A stretch of 64,000 nt of DNA from Pelagibacterales bacterium SAG-MED15 (GTDB lineage: Bacteria > Pseudomonadota > Alphaproteobacteria > Pelagibacterales > Pelagibacteraceae): the NCBI GenBank assembly GCA_014654065.1, contig JACWDM010000004.1, positions 31,080-95,079 of the forward strand. The letters run 5' to 3'. Position 1 is the first letter of the stretch, and each line of letters starts with the position of its first letter. Under the pieces are notes generated by a model. The model did not search any database, had not been told where the DNA came from, and worked only from the letters and a program-made list of their open reading frames with translations. The translations under genes were made by a program, and so were the position numbers. This document shows, piece by piece, positions 36,293 through 46,061 of this stretch.

Positions 36293-37333
36293 TTATTTAT
36301 TTAAGGACGATGCAAAGTTCCAAGAACAATCAAAGCTTGGAATATAAATTCTATCTAAGGATGTATTGCCAAAGCTTTTTTCAAATAAATTTAGCCATTT
36401 ATCAACTTGTTTTGGTTTTTTGTCTTGGCTTCCAACTTGCGCAGTGATTGTTCCATTTGATTTTAAAATTCTTTTTAAAGAATTTATATTTTTTGCTGCA
36501 AGATCTATGCAATATTGATCATCATTCAAATCAACAAATATTTTGTCATATTTATTTTCTTCTACTTTTTTAATACTTTCAAAGGCATCACCCCAAACAC
36601 ACTTTACAGAATTTTTTGTAGTAGCTTTTTCACCTATTTTGGATAAATGTTTGTCACAAACATGAACAACTTCGGGATCTAGCTCGTACCAATCAATTAA
36701 ATTGAATCCTTTCGAAATGAGTTCTCTTGCTACTCCACCATCTCCACCACCAATTATCGCTGACTTATCTTTGCTAGGATTTAGTTTTAAACCTGAATTT
36801 ACAAATGTTGAACTATATAGGTGTTCGTCACTTTCAGCTACTTGAAGTTCATTATCTATGAATAAAGACTTACCAAATTGTTCCAAATCTAAAATTTCAA
36901 TATGTTGTCCAACTTTTGAAGTAAAATCTTCCAATATATTTCTAACCATGTAATATTTTTTTAGTCCAGGTGAACTATAAATATCATCGTAATAGCTAAT
37001 TGTATCTCTATTAAATTCTTTTTTAACTATACGTTTATGTTTGATTTCTTTTTTTAAAATTTCTAAAGCGACAACTGGATTTATTTTGCCACAAGTAAAA
37101 AAATCAAAACTTATAATTTCTTTTTCAGGAAATGTATGAAAGCTTATATGACTCTCAGCAAGCAAAGCTACTAATGTAAATCCTTGTGGTTCAAATTTAT
37201 ATTTTGAAATTTCTAGAACAGTAACTTTTGCTCTTTTTGCAATTTTGTAGACAAGTTTTTCAAAAAACTTGGGTTCATATTCTTTCTCTGTTCCGATGAT
37301 ATCAAGAGTAATATGCTCACCTACTTTACCCAT
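36293..37333 (-). CDS. Fusion protein: pyruvoyl-dependent S-adenosylmethionine decarboxylase (SpeH/SpeD-like) plus aminopropyltransferase (SpeE-like)
   Basis: The N-terminal ~115 aa carries LLAESHISFHTFPE (autoprocessing Glu-Ser site) and FDFFTCG. The C-terminal ~230 aa carries IIGGGDGGVARE, YELDPEVV and IFVDLND aminopropyltransferase blocks. It is a single uninterrupted ORF. Confidence 0.8.
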   Translation of the reverse strand: MGKVGEHITLDIIGTEKEYEPKFFEKLVYKIAKRAKVTVLEISKYKFEPQGFTLVALLAESHISFHTFPEKEIISFDFFTCGKINPVVALEILKKEIKHKRIVKKEFNRDTISYYDDIYSSPGLKKYYMVRNILEDFTSKVGQHIEILDLEQFGKSLFIDNELQVAESDEHLYSSTFVNSGLKLNPSKDKSAIIGGGDGGVARELISKGFNLIDWYELDPEVVHVCDKHLSKIGEKATTKNSVKCVWGDAFESIKKVEENKYDKIFVDLNDDQYCIDLAAKNINSLKRILKSNGTITAQVGSQDKKPKQVDKWLNLFEKSFGNTSLDRIYIPSFDCSWNFASSLNK

Positions 37334-37345
37334 AAAAAGTTACCC

Positions 37346-38005
37346 CTAGTTTTTTTTATAACTTTTAGTTTTTTCTAAAATTTTATTCATTTCTTCAAAT
37401 GAAAGAATCTTAGGTTTCCCTATTTTTAATGTATTTATATATTGATGACAAATATTTTCTACTTCTTGTGCAAGCTCAAATGCTTCTTCTAAATTTTTAC
37501 CAAATGCAACCTGACCGTGGTTTGACATCAAGCATGCTTTTCTTTTTTCGAGAGCTGTGAGCATATTTTCAGATAATTCTTTAGTACCAAAAGTTGCATA
37601 TTCTGAACATTTAATATCATCACCTCCTGCTAAGGCTATCATGTAGTGAAAGGCTGGTATATTTTTTCCATGGGCAGAAACAGCTGTGGCATGTGGAGAA
37701 TGTGCGTGCACAATTGCATATGCATCCTTTTTTTTAATATAAATATCCTGATGAAATCTCCATTCTGATGATGGATTTAAATCATTTTTTGATATTTTAT
37801 CATTATTTAAACTTTCATCCAACTCTAAGAAAACAATATTTTCTTCATTAAGTTGATCATATTTAATTCCTGAAGGAGTAATTAAAAATCCTTTTTTTCC
37901 ATTTTGATCTGCTCTTATTGATATATTTCCAGATCTTAAAGGTGACAAATTTGAACTATTAAGTTTTTTTGCATACTCAATAACTTCTTTTTTTAAATTA
38001 TTCAT
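37346..38005 (-). CDS. Class II aldolase-fold enzyme: methylthioribulose-1-phosphate dehydratase (MtnB) or MTRu-1-P aldolase
   Basis: 219 aa with a His metal triad context (IVHAHSPHATAVS, SNHGQVAFG). It lies in an operon with mtnA and mtnP. Confidence 0.75.
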   Translation of the reverse strand: MNNLKKEVIEYAKKLNSSNLSPLRSGNISIRADQNGKKGFLITPSGIKYDQLNEENIVFLELDESLNNDKISKNDLNPSSEWRFHQDIYIKKKDAYAIVHAHSPHATAVSAHGKNIPAFHYMIALAGGDDIKCSEYATFGTKELSENMLTALEKRKACLMSNHGQVAFGKNLEEAFELAQEVENICHQYINTLKIGKPKILSFEEMNKILEKTKSYKKN

Positions 38006-38208
38006 TACTTACTTAAATTTTTTTCTATTTCAGTCTTACAAAAAATTTTAATATCTTCAATATTTCTATCCTTATAAATTTTTTTCTGGGCAATTACGCA
38101 TGCCTTCATAGATTTGCTTAAACTAAATGATCCATACTCTATTCTTGAAACATAAAGCATAATAAATGCTATTATTAAAAATAATATATAATACAAATTT
38201 TTTCTCAT
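38005..38208 (-). CDS. Small single-TM protein (67 aa)
   Basis: An N-terminal hydrophobic helix (YYILFLIIAFIMLYV) then a charged domain with 2 Cys. It overlaps both neighbours (4 nt and 1 nt), so it is probably translated. Confidence 0.45.
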   Translation of the reverse strand: MRKNLYYILFLIIAFIMLYVSRIEYGSFSLSKSMKACVIAQKKIYKDRNIEDIKIFCKTEIEKNLSK

Positions 38209-39275
38209 TTAAATAATTCCTTTAACCCATTTTCAGATGCTTCACAAATTCCTTTTTCGGTAATTAATCCTGTAACATACTTCGCTGGTGTAACATCAAA
38301 AGCTAAATTCATGGATTTGCTTTTTTGAGGATAAATTCTTACCTTAATAATTTTTCCATTTTGATCTACACCTTCTATTTCTGATAATTCATCTGAACTT
38401 CTTTCTTCAATTGGTATTTCTTTTGAATTTTTTGTTTCCCAATCAATTGTTGAACTTGGTAAAGCAACATAGAATGGAACATTGTTATCTTTGGCAGCTA
38501 AGGCCTTTAAATAAGTTCCAATTTTATTACAAACATCACCATTAGCTAGTGTTCTGTCTGTACCAACTATACATAGATCAACTTCGCCTCTATTCATTAG
38601 TATACCACCAGTATTATCTGCAATAATAGTATTTTTAATTCCCTCTTCATTAAGTTCGTACGAAGTTAAATTTGCCCCTTGGTTTCTAGGTCTTGTTTCG
38701 TCAACCCATACATGGATAGGAATTCCATTTTTATGAGCATGATATATAGGCGAAGTAGCAGTGCCCCAATCTATTGTTGCTAACCAACCAGCATTACAAT
38801 GAGTTAAAATATTTACTGGTTTTTTTTTTTTATTATAAATTTCTTCAATAATTTTTAATCCATTTAATCCAATATTTTTACAGAAGTTAATATCTTCTTC
38901 ACAAATTTCTTTTGCTTCATTAATTGCAATTTCTAAAATTTTATCACTATTAACACCTGCGATTTTTTTCATCATTCTATGCACGGCCCATTTTAGATTA
39001 ATTGCTGTAGGTCTTGAATTTATTAATTCTTCAGAAATTTTTTTTAAAAAAGATTGATCATTATTTTCTAATATTGATAAAACTAATCCGTACGCTGCTG
39101 TAGCGCCAATTAATGGAGCACCTCTAACTTCCATGGTTTTAATTGAATTAATTGCATCTTTAACTGTTTTAAGATCTTTAATAACAAATTTATGCGGTAG
39201 TTTAGTTTGATCAATTATTTTTACACAATTGTCCTTCAGCCAAATTGTTTTATAATCTTTGCCTTCTATTTTCAT
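38205..39275 (-). CDS. mtnA: S-methyl-5-thioribose-1-phosphate isomerase
   Basis: 356 aa of the eIF-2B alpha/beta/delta-like family, with the blocks VRGAPLIGATAAYG, THCNAG, ETRP.NQGA and GTDR...NGD..NKIGTY. Confidence 0.9.
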   Translation of the reverse strand: MKIEGKDYKTIWLKDNCVKIIDQTKLPHKFVIKDLKTVKDAINSIKTMEVRGAPLIGATAAYGLVLSILENNDQSFLKKISEELINSRPTAINLKWAVHRMMKKIAGVNSDKILEIAINEAKEICEEDINFCKNIGLNGLKIIEEIYNKKKKPVNILTHCNAGWLATIDWGTATSPIYHAHKNGIPIHVWVDETRPRNQGANLTSYELNEEGIKNTIIADNTGGILMNRGEVDLCIVGTDRTLANGDVCNKIGTYLKALAAKDNNVPFYVALPSSTIDWETKNSKEIPIEERSSDELSEIEGVDQNGKIIKVRIYPQKSKSMNLAFDVTPAKYVTGLITEKGICEASENGLKELFK

Positions 39276-39715
39276 TATTTAATTCTATCTAAACTTTCAG
39301 TCGGCCAAATTTTTTCTCTATCATACATTTTATCATAGCAAATTGATTTATCAGTGATTTCAATCCAGGGGTCTTTATCTTTGACAAAAATATGAGCTTG
39401 GGGTTTTAAAGAATTTTCTAATGTTTGTGATCTTATAGCAACTCTTCCTACAGATATATTGTATCTACAAAAAACATATACTCCACAAATTATGCAAAAA
39501 TAAGCGTTAACACCTTTTCCACTTCCAGTTGGAAGCTCAATAGATGCAACGTCCCCTTTAACTTCTAAATCTTTCTCAAGAACCATTGTATGTATTACAA
39601 AAGATGAACCTGTAGATTTTTTACAATCTTTGCAATGGCAAGCTTGAGTGAATAATGGTTTATCTTTTATTGTATACTTAACATTCTCACATCCACAACT
39701 TCCTTTTAAACTCAT
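39275..39715 (-). CDS. GFA (glutathione-dependent formaldehyde-activating)/CENP-V family zinc protein
   Basis: Cys pattern CGCENVKY...CHCKDCKKSTGSSF...YFCIICG, typical of the GFA fold. 146 aa. Confidence 0.8.
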   Translation of the reverse strand: MSLKGSCGCENVKYTIKDKPLFTQACHCKDCKKSTGSSFVIHTMVLEKDLEVKGDVASIELPTGSGKGVNAYFCIICGVYVFCRYNISVGRVAIRSQTLENSLKPQAHIFVKDKDPWIEITDKSICYDKMYDREKIWPTESLDRIK

Positions 39716-40581
39716 TTATTCAAAACTCTTCCTGCTACTGTTTTAAGTTTATCTATAGTTTTTTTTGTTCTTTTCTCCGGTGATGTAATGATAGCAACAT
39801 CTAAACAATTATTTGTTGGATCCTTTGAATCTATATATTTTTCAAAATTCTCAATTAAATTTTTAATCATACTTTTAGCTTTTGAGGCATTTCCTAAAAG
39901 AACCTTAATAACTTGTTGGACGTCAACATTTTCATGATCTGGATGCCAACAATCATAATCCGTAACCATTGAGACAGAAGCATATCTTATTTCTGCCTCC
40001 CTTGCCAATTTAGCTTCTGGCATATTAGTCATACCTATAACATCTGCTTTCCATGATCTATATAAGTTAGATTCAGCTAATGTTGAGAATTGTGGTCCTT
40101 CCATAACAACATAAGTACCTCCTCTTTGATATTCTATTTCCTCTTTTTTAATTGCTTCTTCACAAGCATTCATTAAACCATTTGAAGTTGGGTGTGCCAT
40201 TGAAACATGAGCTACTATTTCGTCATCAAAAAAAGTTTTATTTCTTGCAAAAGTTCTATCTATAAACTGGTCGATAATTACAAATTTGCCTGGTTGGAGG
40301 TCTTCTTTTAAGGAACCAACTGCAGATATTGAGACAATATCAGTTACCCCAAGTTGCTTCAGAGAATCGATATTTGCTCTAAAATTAATCTTGGAAGGTG
40401 AAATATAATGTCCCTTTCCATGTCTTGGTAAAAAATAAACTTCTTTCTCCCTATAATTAGTTTTCAAGATTTTATCTGAGGGATTGCCCCATGGTGTTTT
40501 TATATTTAAAAACTCTCGATCTTTAAATTCTTCGATATCATAAAGACCACTACCACCAATAATAGCTAATTTGTTTGTCAT
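39712..40581 (-). CDS. mtnP: S-methyl-5'-thioadenosine phosphorylase
   Basis: IIGGSGLY start, YFLPRHG.GH, SAVGSL, and MTNMPEAKLAREAE blocks of MTAP-type PNP family members. Confidence 0.9.
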   Translation of the reverse strand: MTNKLAIIGGSGLYDIEEFKDREFLNIKTPWGNPSDKILKTNYREKEVYFLPRHGKGHYISPSKINFRANIDSLKQLGVTDIVSISAVGSLKEDLQPGKFVIIDQFIDRTFARNKTFFDDEIVAHVSMAHPTSNGLMNACEEAIKKEEIEYQRGGTYVVMEGPQFSTLAESNLYRSWKADVIGMTNMPEAKLAREAEIRYASVSMVTDYDCWHPDHENVDVQQVIKVLLGNASKAKSMIKNLIENFEKYIDSKDPTNNCLDVAIITSPEKRTKKTIDKLKTVAGRVLNK

Positions 40582-40621
40582 ATTATTTAAAATGATTTAA
40601 TTATTTATAACTTATAAATTT

Positions 40622-41149
40622 ATGGATTTAAAAGATTATATTAGGTCAATTCCAAACTATCCTAAAAAGGGAATTTTATTTAGAGATATTACTACATTAA
40701 TTAAAGATGAAAAAGCATTTAGAGAAACAATTAATCAAATAATTGAAAAATCAAAAAAATTTAAAATAGATAAAATAGCTGCAATAGAGTCTAGAGGTTT
40801 TGTTTTTGCATCTGCAGTTGCGTATTTATTAAAAAAACCTTTTATAATGTTAAGAAAAAAGAACAAATTACCGGCAGAGACATACTCCACAGATTTTGAA
40901 TTAGAATATGGAACAGCAACTATCGAAGTCCACAAAGACTCAATTGAAAAAAACGATACGGTATTGATAATTGATGATTTAATCGCTACAGGAGGGACAG
41001 CAGAAGCTGCAGCAAAATTAATAGAAATGTCTGGTGGAGCAATTTCTGGATTTATATTTGTGATAAATCTTTACGATCTTGGTGGATCAGATAAATTAGT
41101 AAAATCTGGTTTTAAAGTAGAAAATTTAATAGATTTCCCAGGACACTAA
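40622..41149 (+). CDS. apt: Adenine phosphoribosyltransferase
   Basis: IRSIPNYPKKGILFRDITTL start and the PRPP motif VLIIDDLIATGGTA. Confidence 0.92.
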   Translation: MDLKDYIRSIPNYPKKGILFRDITTLIKDEKAFRETINQIIEKSKKFKIDKIAAIESRGFVFASAVAYLLKKPFIMLRKKNKLPAETYSTDFELEYGTATIEVHKDSIEKNDTVLIIDDLIATGGTAEAAAKLIEMSGGAISGFIFVINLYDLGGSDKLVKSGFKVENLIDFPGH

Positions 41150-41151
41150 AA

Positions 41152-42036
41152 ATGGATATACTTAAGTTTATTTTGAAAATCTTTAATAAAAAAAAGTATC
41201 AAAATGAAAAAAATTTAAGTTTATATAATAAGTCATATAAAGATATTATTGAGACAATTAATCAAAAAATTCAAAATAATACAAAACTTAATTTTCTTCA
41301 TTCGGGTCACTTAGGGGATATAATAACTTCGCTTGCTGCAATTAAAAAAATCTCGTTATCTCACGAATGTAATTTATTTATCAATCTTAATAAAAAAATT
41401 GGCTATGATTATCACAATCATCCTGGAAAAGGTTTTTTTATGAATGAGGAGTTTTTTAATAAACTATATCCATTACTAAAGTGTCAAAATTATTTAAAGA
41501 GTATTCAAATTCACAAAAACGAATATATAGATATAAATCTAGATCACTTCAGAATTTTACCTGTTAAATTAATAAATCCTCCAAGATATTATTTTCATTT
41601 ATTGGGCCAAAAGGTAAACTTAAGTGAACCTTTTATTGATGTGGGTGAACATGATAAAATAAAAGATAAGATTGTAATAATACGATCTTTTAGATTCAGG
41701 AATGGCTTTATTAATTATAAATTTCTTCAAAACTACAATGATCTATTATTTATTGGTTTAAAAAATGAGTATGAAGATTTTATAAAAGACGTTCCAAATA
41801 CAGAATTTTATAATTGTAAAAACTTTCTTGAAATGGCCCAAATAATAAAATCTTCAAAATTTTTTATAGGAAATCAATCACTTGGGTATGCTATAGCGGA
41901 TGGTTTGAACGTTCCAAGGCTCCTTGAAAATTGTCCTGATTACTCAGCTGTTCAGCCTGAAGGAAAGCATGCTTATGATTTTTTTTACCAACCACACTTT
42001 GAAAAATGGTTCAAAGTTTTATTAGATAAAAAATAA
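41152..42036 (+). CDS. Hypothetical protein, first gene of the glycan island
   Basis: 294 aa. Only a short N-terminal block (LHSGHLGDIITSLAAIKK) recalls the GT9 N-terminal motif. There is otherwise no recognisable motif. Confidence 0.4.
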   Translation: MDILKFILKIFNKKKYQNEKNLSLYNKSYKDIIETINQKIQNNTKLNFLHSGHLGDIITSLAAIKKISLSHECNLFINLNKKIGYDYHNHPGKGFFMNEEFFNKLYPLLKCQNYLKSIQIHKNEYIDINLDHFRILPVKLINPPRYYFHLLGQKVNLSEPFIDVGEHDKIKDKIVIIRSFRFRNGFINYKFLQNYNDLLFIGLKNEYEDFIKDVPNTEFYNCKNFLEMAQIIKSSKFFIGNQSLGYAIADGLNVPRLLENCPDYSAVQPEGKHAYDFFYQPHFEKWFKVLLDKK

Positions 42037-42039
42037 ATT

Positions 42040-42915
42040 TTATTTTAACTTGAACATTTCTTGAGCAGCTAAAAAGATATTTTTTTTTGGTCTCCAATTC
42101 AATAATTTCATTGCTTTTAAATTTTCTCCTTTTAAACAAGTAATTTTTTTAAATGAATTAAATTTATAAACCATTTTTAATTTGTTATTGTTTATTAGAT
42201 AGACTATTAGTTTATTTAAACTTGTGCATTTATTGGAACTTAAAACTAAATTATTAATTTTTTTATTACTAATAGATACTTTGTAAATAGCATTACAAAT
42301 ATCTTCTGCATGAGAAAAATCACCGTGAATATTTTTATTAATAATTCCTTGAATAAATTTTTTATTATTGTTTTTTAATGCAAATATAATTCTTGGAATT
42401 AAAAATTTTTTTTTTCTGTAAATAGAGTCATGGTTAAATAAAATTAGATTTGTATAATTTATTTTTAATTCATCTAAAAGCTTTATCGTTTCAATTCTAA
42501 ATCTTGTATAATGAGAGGTTATTTTATAATTAGAATTTTCATTTACCGTGCCATTCTTGACTTTAAATATTTGTGAGGAGTTTGCAAAAATAACTTTCAC
42601 TTTTGAATTAAAAAACTTCGCTTTAGTAACAATATTTTTTGTAAATCTTAAATTTTTTAAGTAAAATTTTTTAAAACTTTTTTCACCAAAAGATGGGTTG
42701 TTTGCAGCAAGGTGAATTATTACATCTGGTGGTTTTTTTGAAAAAAAATCATAGAAAACTTTTTCATTATTGATAAGTATTTTTTTTTGATTCTTGTTTA
42801 TTTTTTTATTTTTTTTATCATATAAAAAAAGTCTAAATTTTTTTTTTTTATAAAATTTTTTTGTTAAAATAATCCCGTCCTGTCCAAGACCACCCGTAAT
42901 ATAAATATTCTTCAT
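42040..42915 (-). CDS. NAD-dependent sugar epimerase/dehydratase family protein (extended SDR)
   Basis: N-terminal IYITGGLGQDGIIL is a GxxGxxG of the GDP-mannose-dehydratase type. 291 aa and very Lys/Asn-rich. Confidence 0.65.
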   Translation of the reverse strand: MKNIYITGGLGQDGIILTKKFYKKKKFRLFLYDKKNKKINKNQKKILINNEKVFYDFFSKKPPDVIIHLAANNPSFGEKSFKKFYLKNLRFTKNIVTKAKFFNSKVKVIFANSSQIFKVKNGTVNENSNYKITSHYTRFRIETIKLLDELKINYTNLILFNHDSIYRKKKFLIPRIIFALKNNNKKFIQGIINKNIHGDFSHAEDICNAIYKVSISNKKINNLVLSSNKCTSLNKLIVYLINNNKLKMVYKFNSFKKITCLKGENLKAMKLLNWRPKKNIFLAAQEMFKLK

Positions 42916-44147
42916 CAGATAATTTTTAAGGTTGGCAAGGGAAATATAAACTTAGTTCCCTTTTTCCTCACTTCTTTTTCTCTTAATAAAATTTCTTTTT
43001 TAAAATGCCATGCTAATACAAGATAATAGCTTGGCTTTAAATTTCTTGATAATTTTTCAGAAATTATTTTAATTTTTGTTCCAGGTGTATATAAATTTTG
43101 CTTTAAAGGATTTCTGTCAGATATATAATCAATTTTTTTATTGTTTAAATTAAAATATTGTAAGAGTACATTACCTTTAGTAGATGCTGCATAACCGTGA
43201 ATAATTTTTTTTTCTTTTTTAATTTTAACAATTAAATTATTTAAACTTTTTTTACATTGGTCAATTTTATTTTTAAATTTTATATATGTTGATCTGCTAT
43301 GAATATTAGCTTTACTCTCATTTTGAAGGATTTTATTTATTTTAATTTTATTAGTTTTATATACTGAGTCCTTATGGCATATAAAATATGATGAACTGCC
43401 TCCATTAATCTCATTATATTTATGATCGAAGAGTCTTAGGTTATGTTTCCTCAATATATTATTAATAAATGTTACTGAATAATATTCAAGATGTTCATGG
43501 CAAATAGTATCAAACATATTATTTTTAATAATTTTAAGTAGATCCTGAAATTCTAAATAAAATATTCCATTTTTATCAAGTAATTTATTTATTGCGTTTA
43601 GAAATATATTTGGATCTTCTAAATCATAAAAAACTGCCAATGCTGTAATAATTTTAAATTTTACTTTTTTATTTATTCTATTAATGCTTTTTAAATTAAA
43701 GAAATCATTCACACCGTAATCGATTTTATTATAATTTTTTTTATATTTATTTAGTATTGGGTCAATTCCCCAGCTAATTGTTTTTTTGTTATAGAAACTT
43801 AATAAAGTACCATCATTACTTGCAATGTCTAAAACATTATCATTTTTTTTAATTTTAACTTTTTTTTGTAAATTTTTCACAACATCATGAACATGTTTAG
43901 TCATTGTTCTATTAACGCCAGTTCTATAACCGTAATCTTTATTATATAAATATTTCAGACTAAAATTTTTATTTAATTGAACTAATTTACATTTATTGCA
44001 CATCACTAAAGTAATTTCTCCAAAAGGAACATTTTGTTTTTTTGATGGAAATTTTCCAGTAAATCTTAGTTTGCCAAGACTAAACAAATTAATTAAATTT
44101 TTACTTTTACAGTTTCTACATTTTTCAATTTTTTTTGACATTCTCAC
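42915..44147 (-). CDS. NDP-sugar C-methyltransferase-like SAM-dependent methyltransferase
   Basis: An N-terminal 4-Cys zinc ribbon (CRNCKSKNL...CNKCKLVQL), a central class I SAM motif (VLDIASNDG), and a C-terminal domain as in sugar 3-C-methyltransferases. Confidence 0.7.
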   Translation of the reverse strand: MRMSKKIEKCRNCKSKNLINLFSLGKLRFTGKFPSKKQNVPFGEITLVMCNKCKLVQLNKNFSLKYLYNKDYGYRTGVNRTMTKHVHDVVKNLQKKVKIKKNDNVLDIASNDGTLLSFYNKKTISWGIDPILNKYKKNYNKIDYGVNDFFNLKSINRINKKVKFKIITALAVFYDLEDPNIFLNAINKLLDKNGIFYLEFQDLLKIIKNNMFDTICHEHLEYYSVTFINNILRKHNLRLFDHKYNEINGGSSSYFICHKDSVYKTNKIKINKILQNESKANIHSRSTYIKFKNKIDQCKKSLNNLIVKIKKEKKIIHGYAASTKGNVLLQYFNLNNKKIDYISDRNPLKQNLYTPGTKIKIISEKLSRNLKPSYYLVLAWHFKKEILLREKEVRKKGTKFIFPLPTLKII

Positions 44148-44988
44148 CTTCTAATCGCATATATGAACTCTTTCCAAGAATAGAATTTAAAGTTCCTAAA
44201 AATCTCATCTTATACACTTTTTTTTTAAAGTTATTAAATAATATTGAGTAGTAAATAAACTTAATTAGTGATGAAAAAAAATTAGGAGTTACCTTTAATA
44301 ATGCGAAAACAAAACCGTTGTGTTTTTTATTAAAATAAAATTTAGACCACATCCAGTGCCAATTCCTTAAATATTCTAATTGTTGATTCTTTGAAATGCT
44401 TCCTTTATGATTGATTAAAGCGTTCTTAATTATATAAATATTTTGCATTTTTTTTTTCACTCTAAGGCACAGATCATCATTTTCAAGATATAAAAAAAAA
44501 TTTTCATCAAAAAAATCTTTTGTTTCAAATTTTGACAAATTAAATAACATTGAAAATCCATCTATTCTATCAACTGATAAAATGTTTTTGCTCTCAAAAT
44601 TAGTGTCTATTATCTTATAATTTGGTATTCTAATATTATCATTTAATGGAGAGGCTAAAGTGAAATCACCTACATTAGATAATTCATCTAGCAAATTTTT
44701 AAGAGTATCTTTTTTTAGTTTTGTATCAGGATTTAAGACGTATGCACATTGTGAGTGGCAAGATTTTAAACCAATATTGTTTCCAGCTCCCATTCCAGTA
44801 TTTTTAGACATAATCACCTCAATATTGTCATATTTACTGATTAAATCTTTTTTCAGATTAATGTTATTTGAATTTTCTACTATAATTTTTTTGGTTTCAT
44901 TGGGGAGTGTGTCTAGACAATCATAAAGTGTTGACTCGCTTTTGTAAGAAACTATGACAAATGTTATATCTGTAATTTTCAGGTTCAT
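44125..44988 (-). CDS. Glycosyltransferase family 2
   Basis: ITFVIVSYKS start and DxD-like LENDDL. 287 aa. Confidence 0.75.
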   Translation of the reverse strand: MNLKITDITFVIVSYKSESTLYDCLDTLPNETKKIIVENSNNINLKKDLISKYDNIEVIMSKNTGMGAGNNIGLKSCHSQCAYVLNPDTKLKKDTLKNLLDELSNVGDFTLASPLNDNIRIPNYKIIDTNFESKNILSVDRIDGFSMLFNLSKFETKDFFDENFFLYLENDDLCLRVKKKMQNIYIIKNALINHKGSISKNQQLEYLRNWHWMWSKFYFNKKHNGFVFALLKVTPNFFSSLIKFIYYSILFNNFKKKVYKMRFLGTLNSILGKSSYMRLEGENVKKN

Positions 44989-45035
44989 TAAATATTTAAA
45001 GTATACTTAAATAGACTAATATTGTAAAAAAAATT

Positions 45036-46061
45036 ATGAAAAAAGTTTTAGTTACTGGAGGTTTGGGCTTCATAGGAAGCAACCTAATAAAAGTTCTTTT
45101 ATCAAAAAATTATTTTGTCATTAATTTAGATAACTTGAGCTATTCTGCAAATTTTTATAATTCTAAGGATTTCTATCATTCTAAAAAATATAAGTTTATA
45201 AAATGTGATCTTAATAACAAAAGCAAAATTTTCACTATATTAAACAGATTTAAACCTAAAACTATTTTTAATCTTGCTGCAGAAACTCACGTAGATAGAT
45301 CTATTGATGGACCTGAAAGCTTTATTAAAAGTAATATTTTTGGAGTATTTAATTTACTACAATCTTTTAGAAAATATATTTTAAAAAACAAAAATTCAAA
45401 ATTAGTTCATATATCTACTGACGAGGTTTATGGTGATGTCTTATTTGGAAGGTCAAAAGAAAATGACGCATACTCACCAAGCTCCCCGTATGCTGCCTCA
45501 AAAGCATCCTCTGATCATTTAGTATCATCATATGTAAGAACTTATAATATTCCAGCAATTATAACTAATTGCTCAAATAATTATGGACCAAGACAACATC
45601 CAGAAAAACTAATTCCAAAATTGATTTATAATATTTTAAATAATAAGAGTTTACCTATTTATGGAAAAGGACTCAATTCAAGAGAGTGGATATATGTTGA
45701 CGATCATTGTGAAGCTTTAATCAAAGTTTCAGAGAAAGGCAAAGTTGGAAATTTTTATAATATTGGTTCAAATTTAAATTTGAATAATTTATCTATAACT
45801 AAAAATTTATTAAAAATTGCAAAAAGCAAAATTAATATTGGTAAAAATGTAAAAATTAAATTTGTAAAAGATAGACCTGGTCATGATTTAAGATATGCCT
45901 TGAATAGTAATAAAATCATAAAAATGTTAAAATGGGAACCTAAAATTAGTATATCAACGGGACTAAAAAAGACTTTTGATTGGTATTTAAAAAACCCTGG
46001 TTATTATTCAAAATTAAAAAAAAGAGATATAACTAAAAGAATGGGGAATAAACTCAAATGA
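45036..46061 (+). CDS. rfbB: dTDP-glucose 4,6-dehydratase
   Basis: VLVTGGLGFIGSN, HISTDEVYG, YAASKASSDH (YxxxK), and NNYGPRQHPEKLIP. Confidence 0.9.
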   Translation: MKKVLVTGGLGFIGSNLIKVLLSKNYFVINLDNLSYSANFYNSKDFYHSKKYKFIKCDLNNKSKIFTILNRFKPKTIFNLAAETHVDRSIDGPESFIKSNIFGVFNLLQSFRKYILKNKNSKLVHISTDEVYGDVLFGRSKENDAYSPSSPYAASKASSDHLVSSYVRTYNIPAIITNCSNNYGPRQHPEKLIPKLIYNILNNKSLPIYGKGLNSREWIYVDDHCEALIKVSEKGKVGNFYNIGSNLNLNNLSITKNLLKIAKSKINIGKNVKIKFVKDRPGHDLRYALNSNKIIKMLKWEPKISISTGLKKTFDWYLKNPGYYSKLKKRDITKRMGNKLK

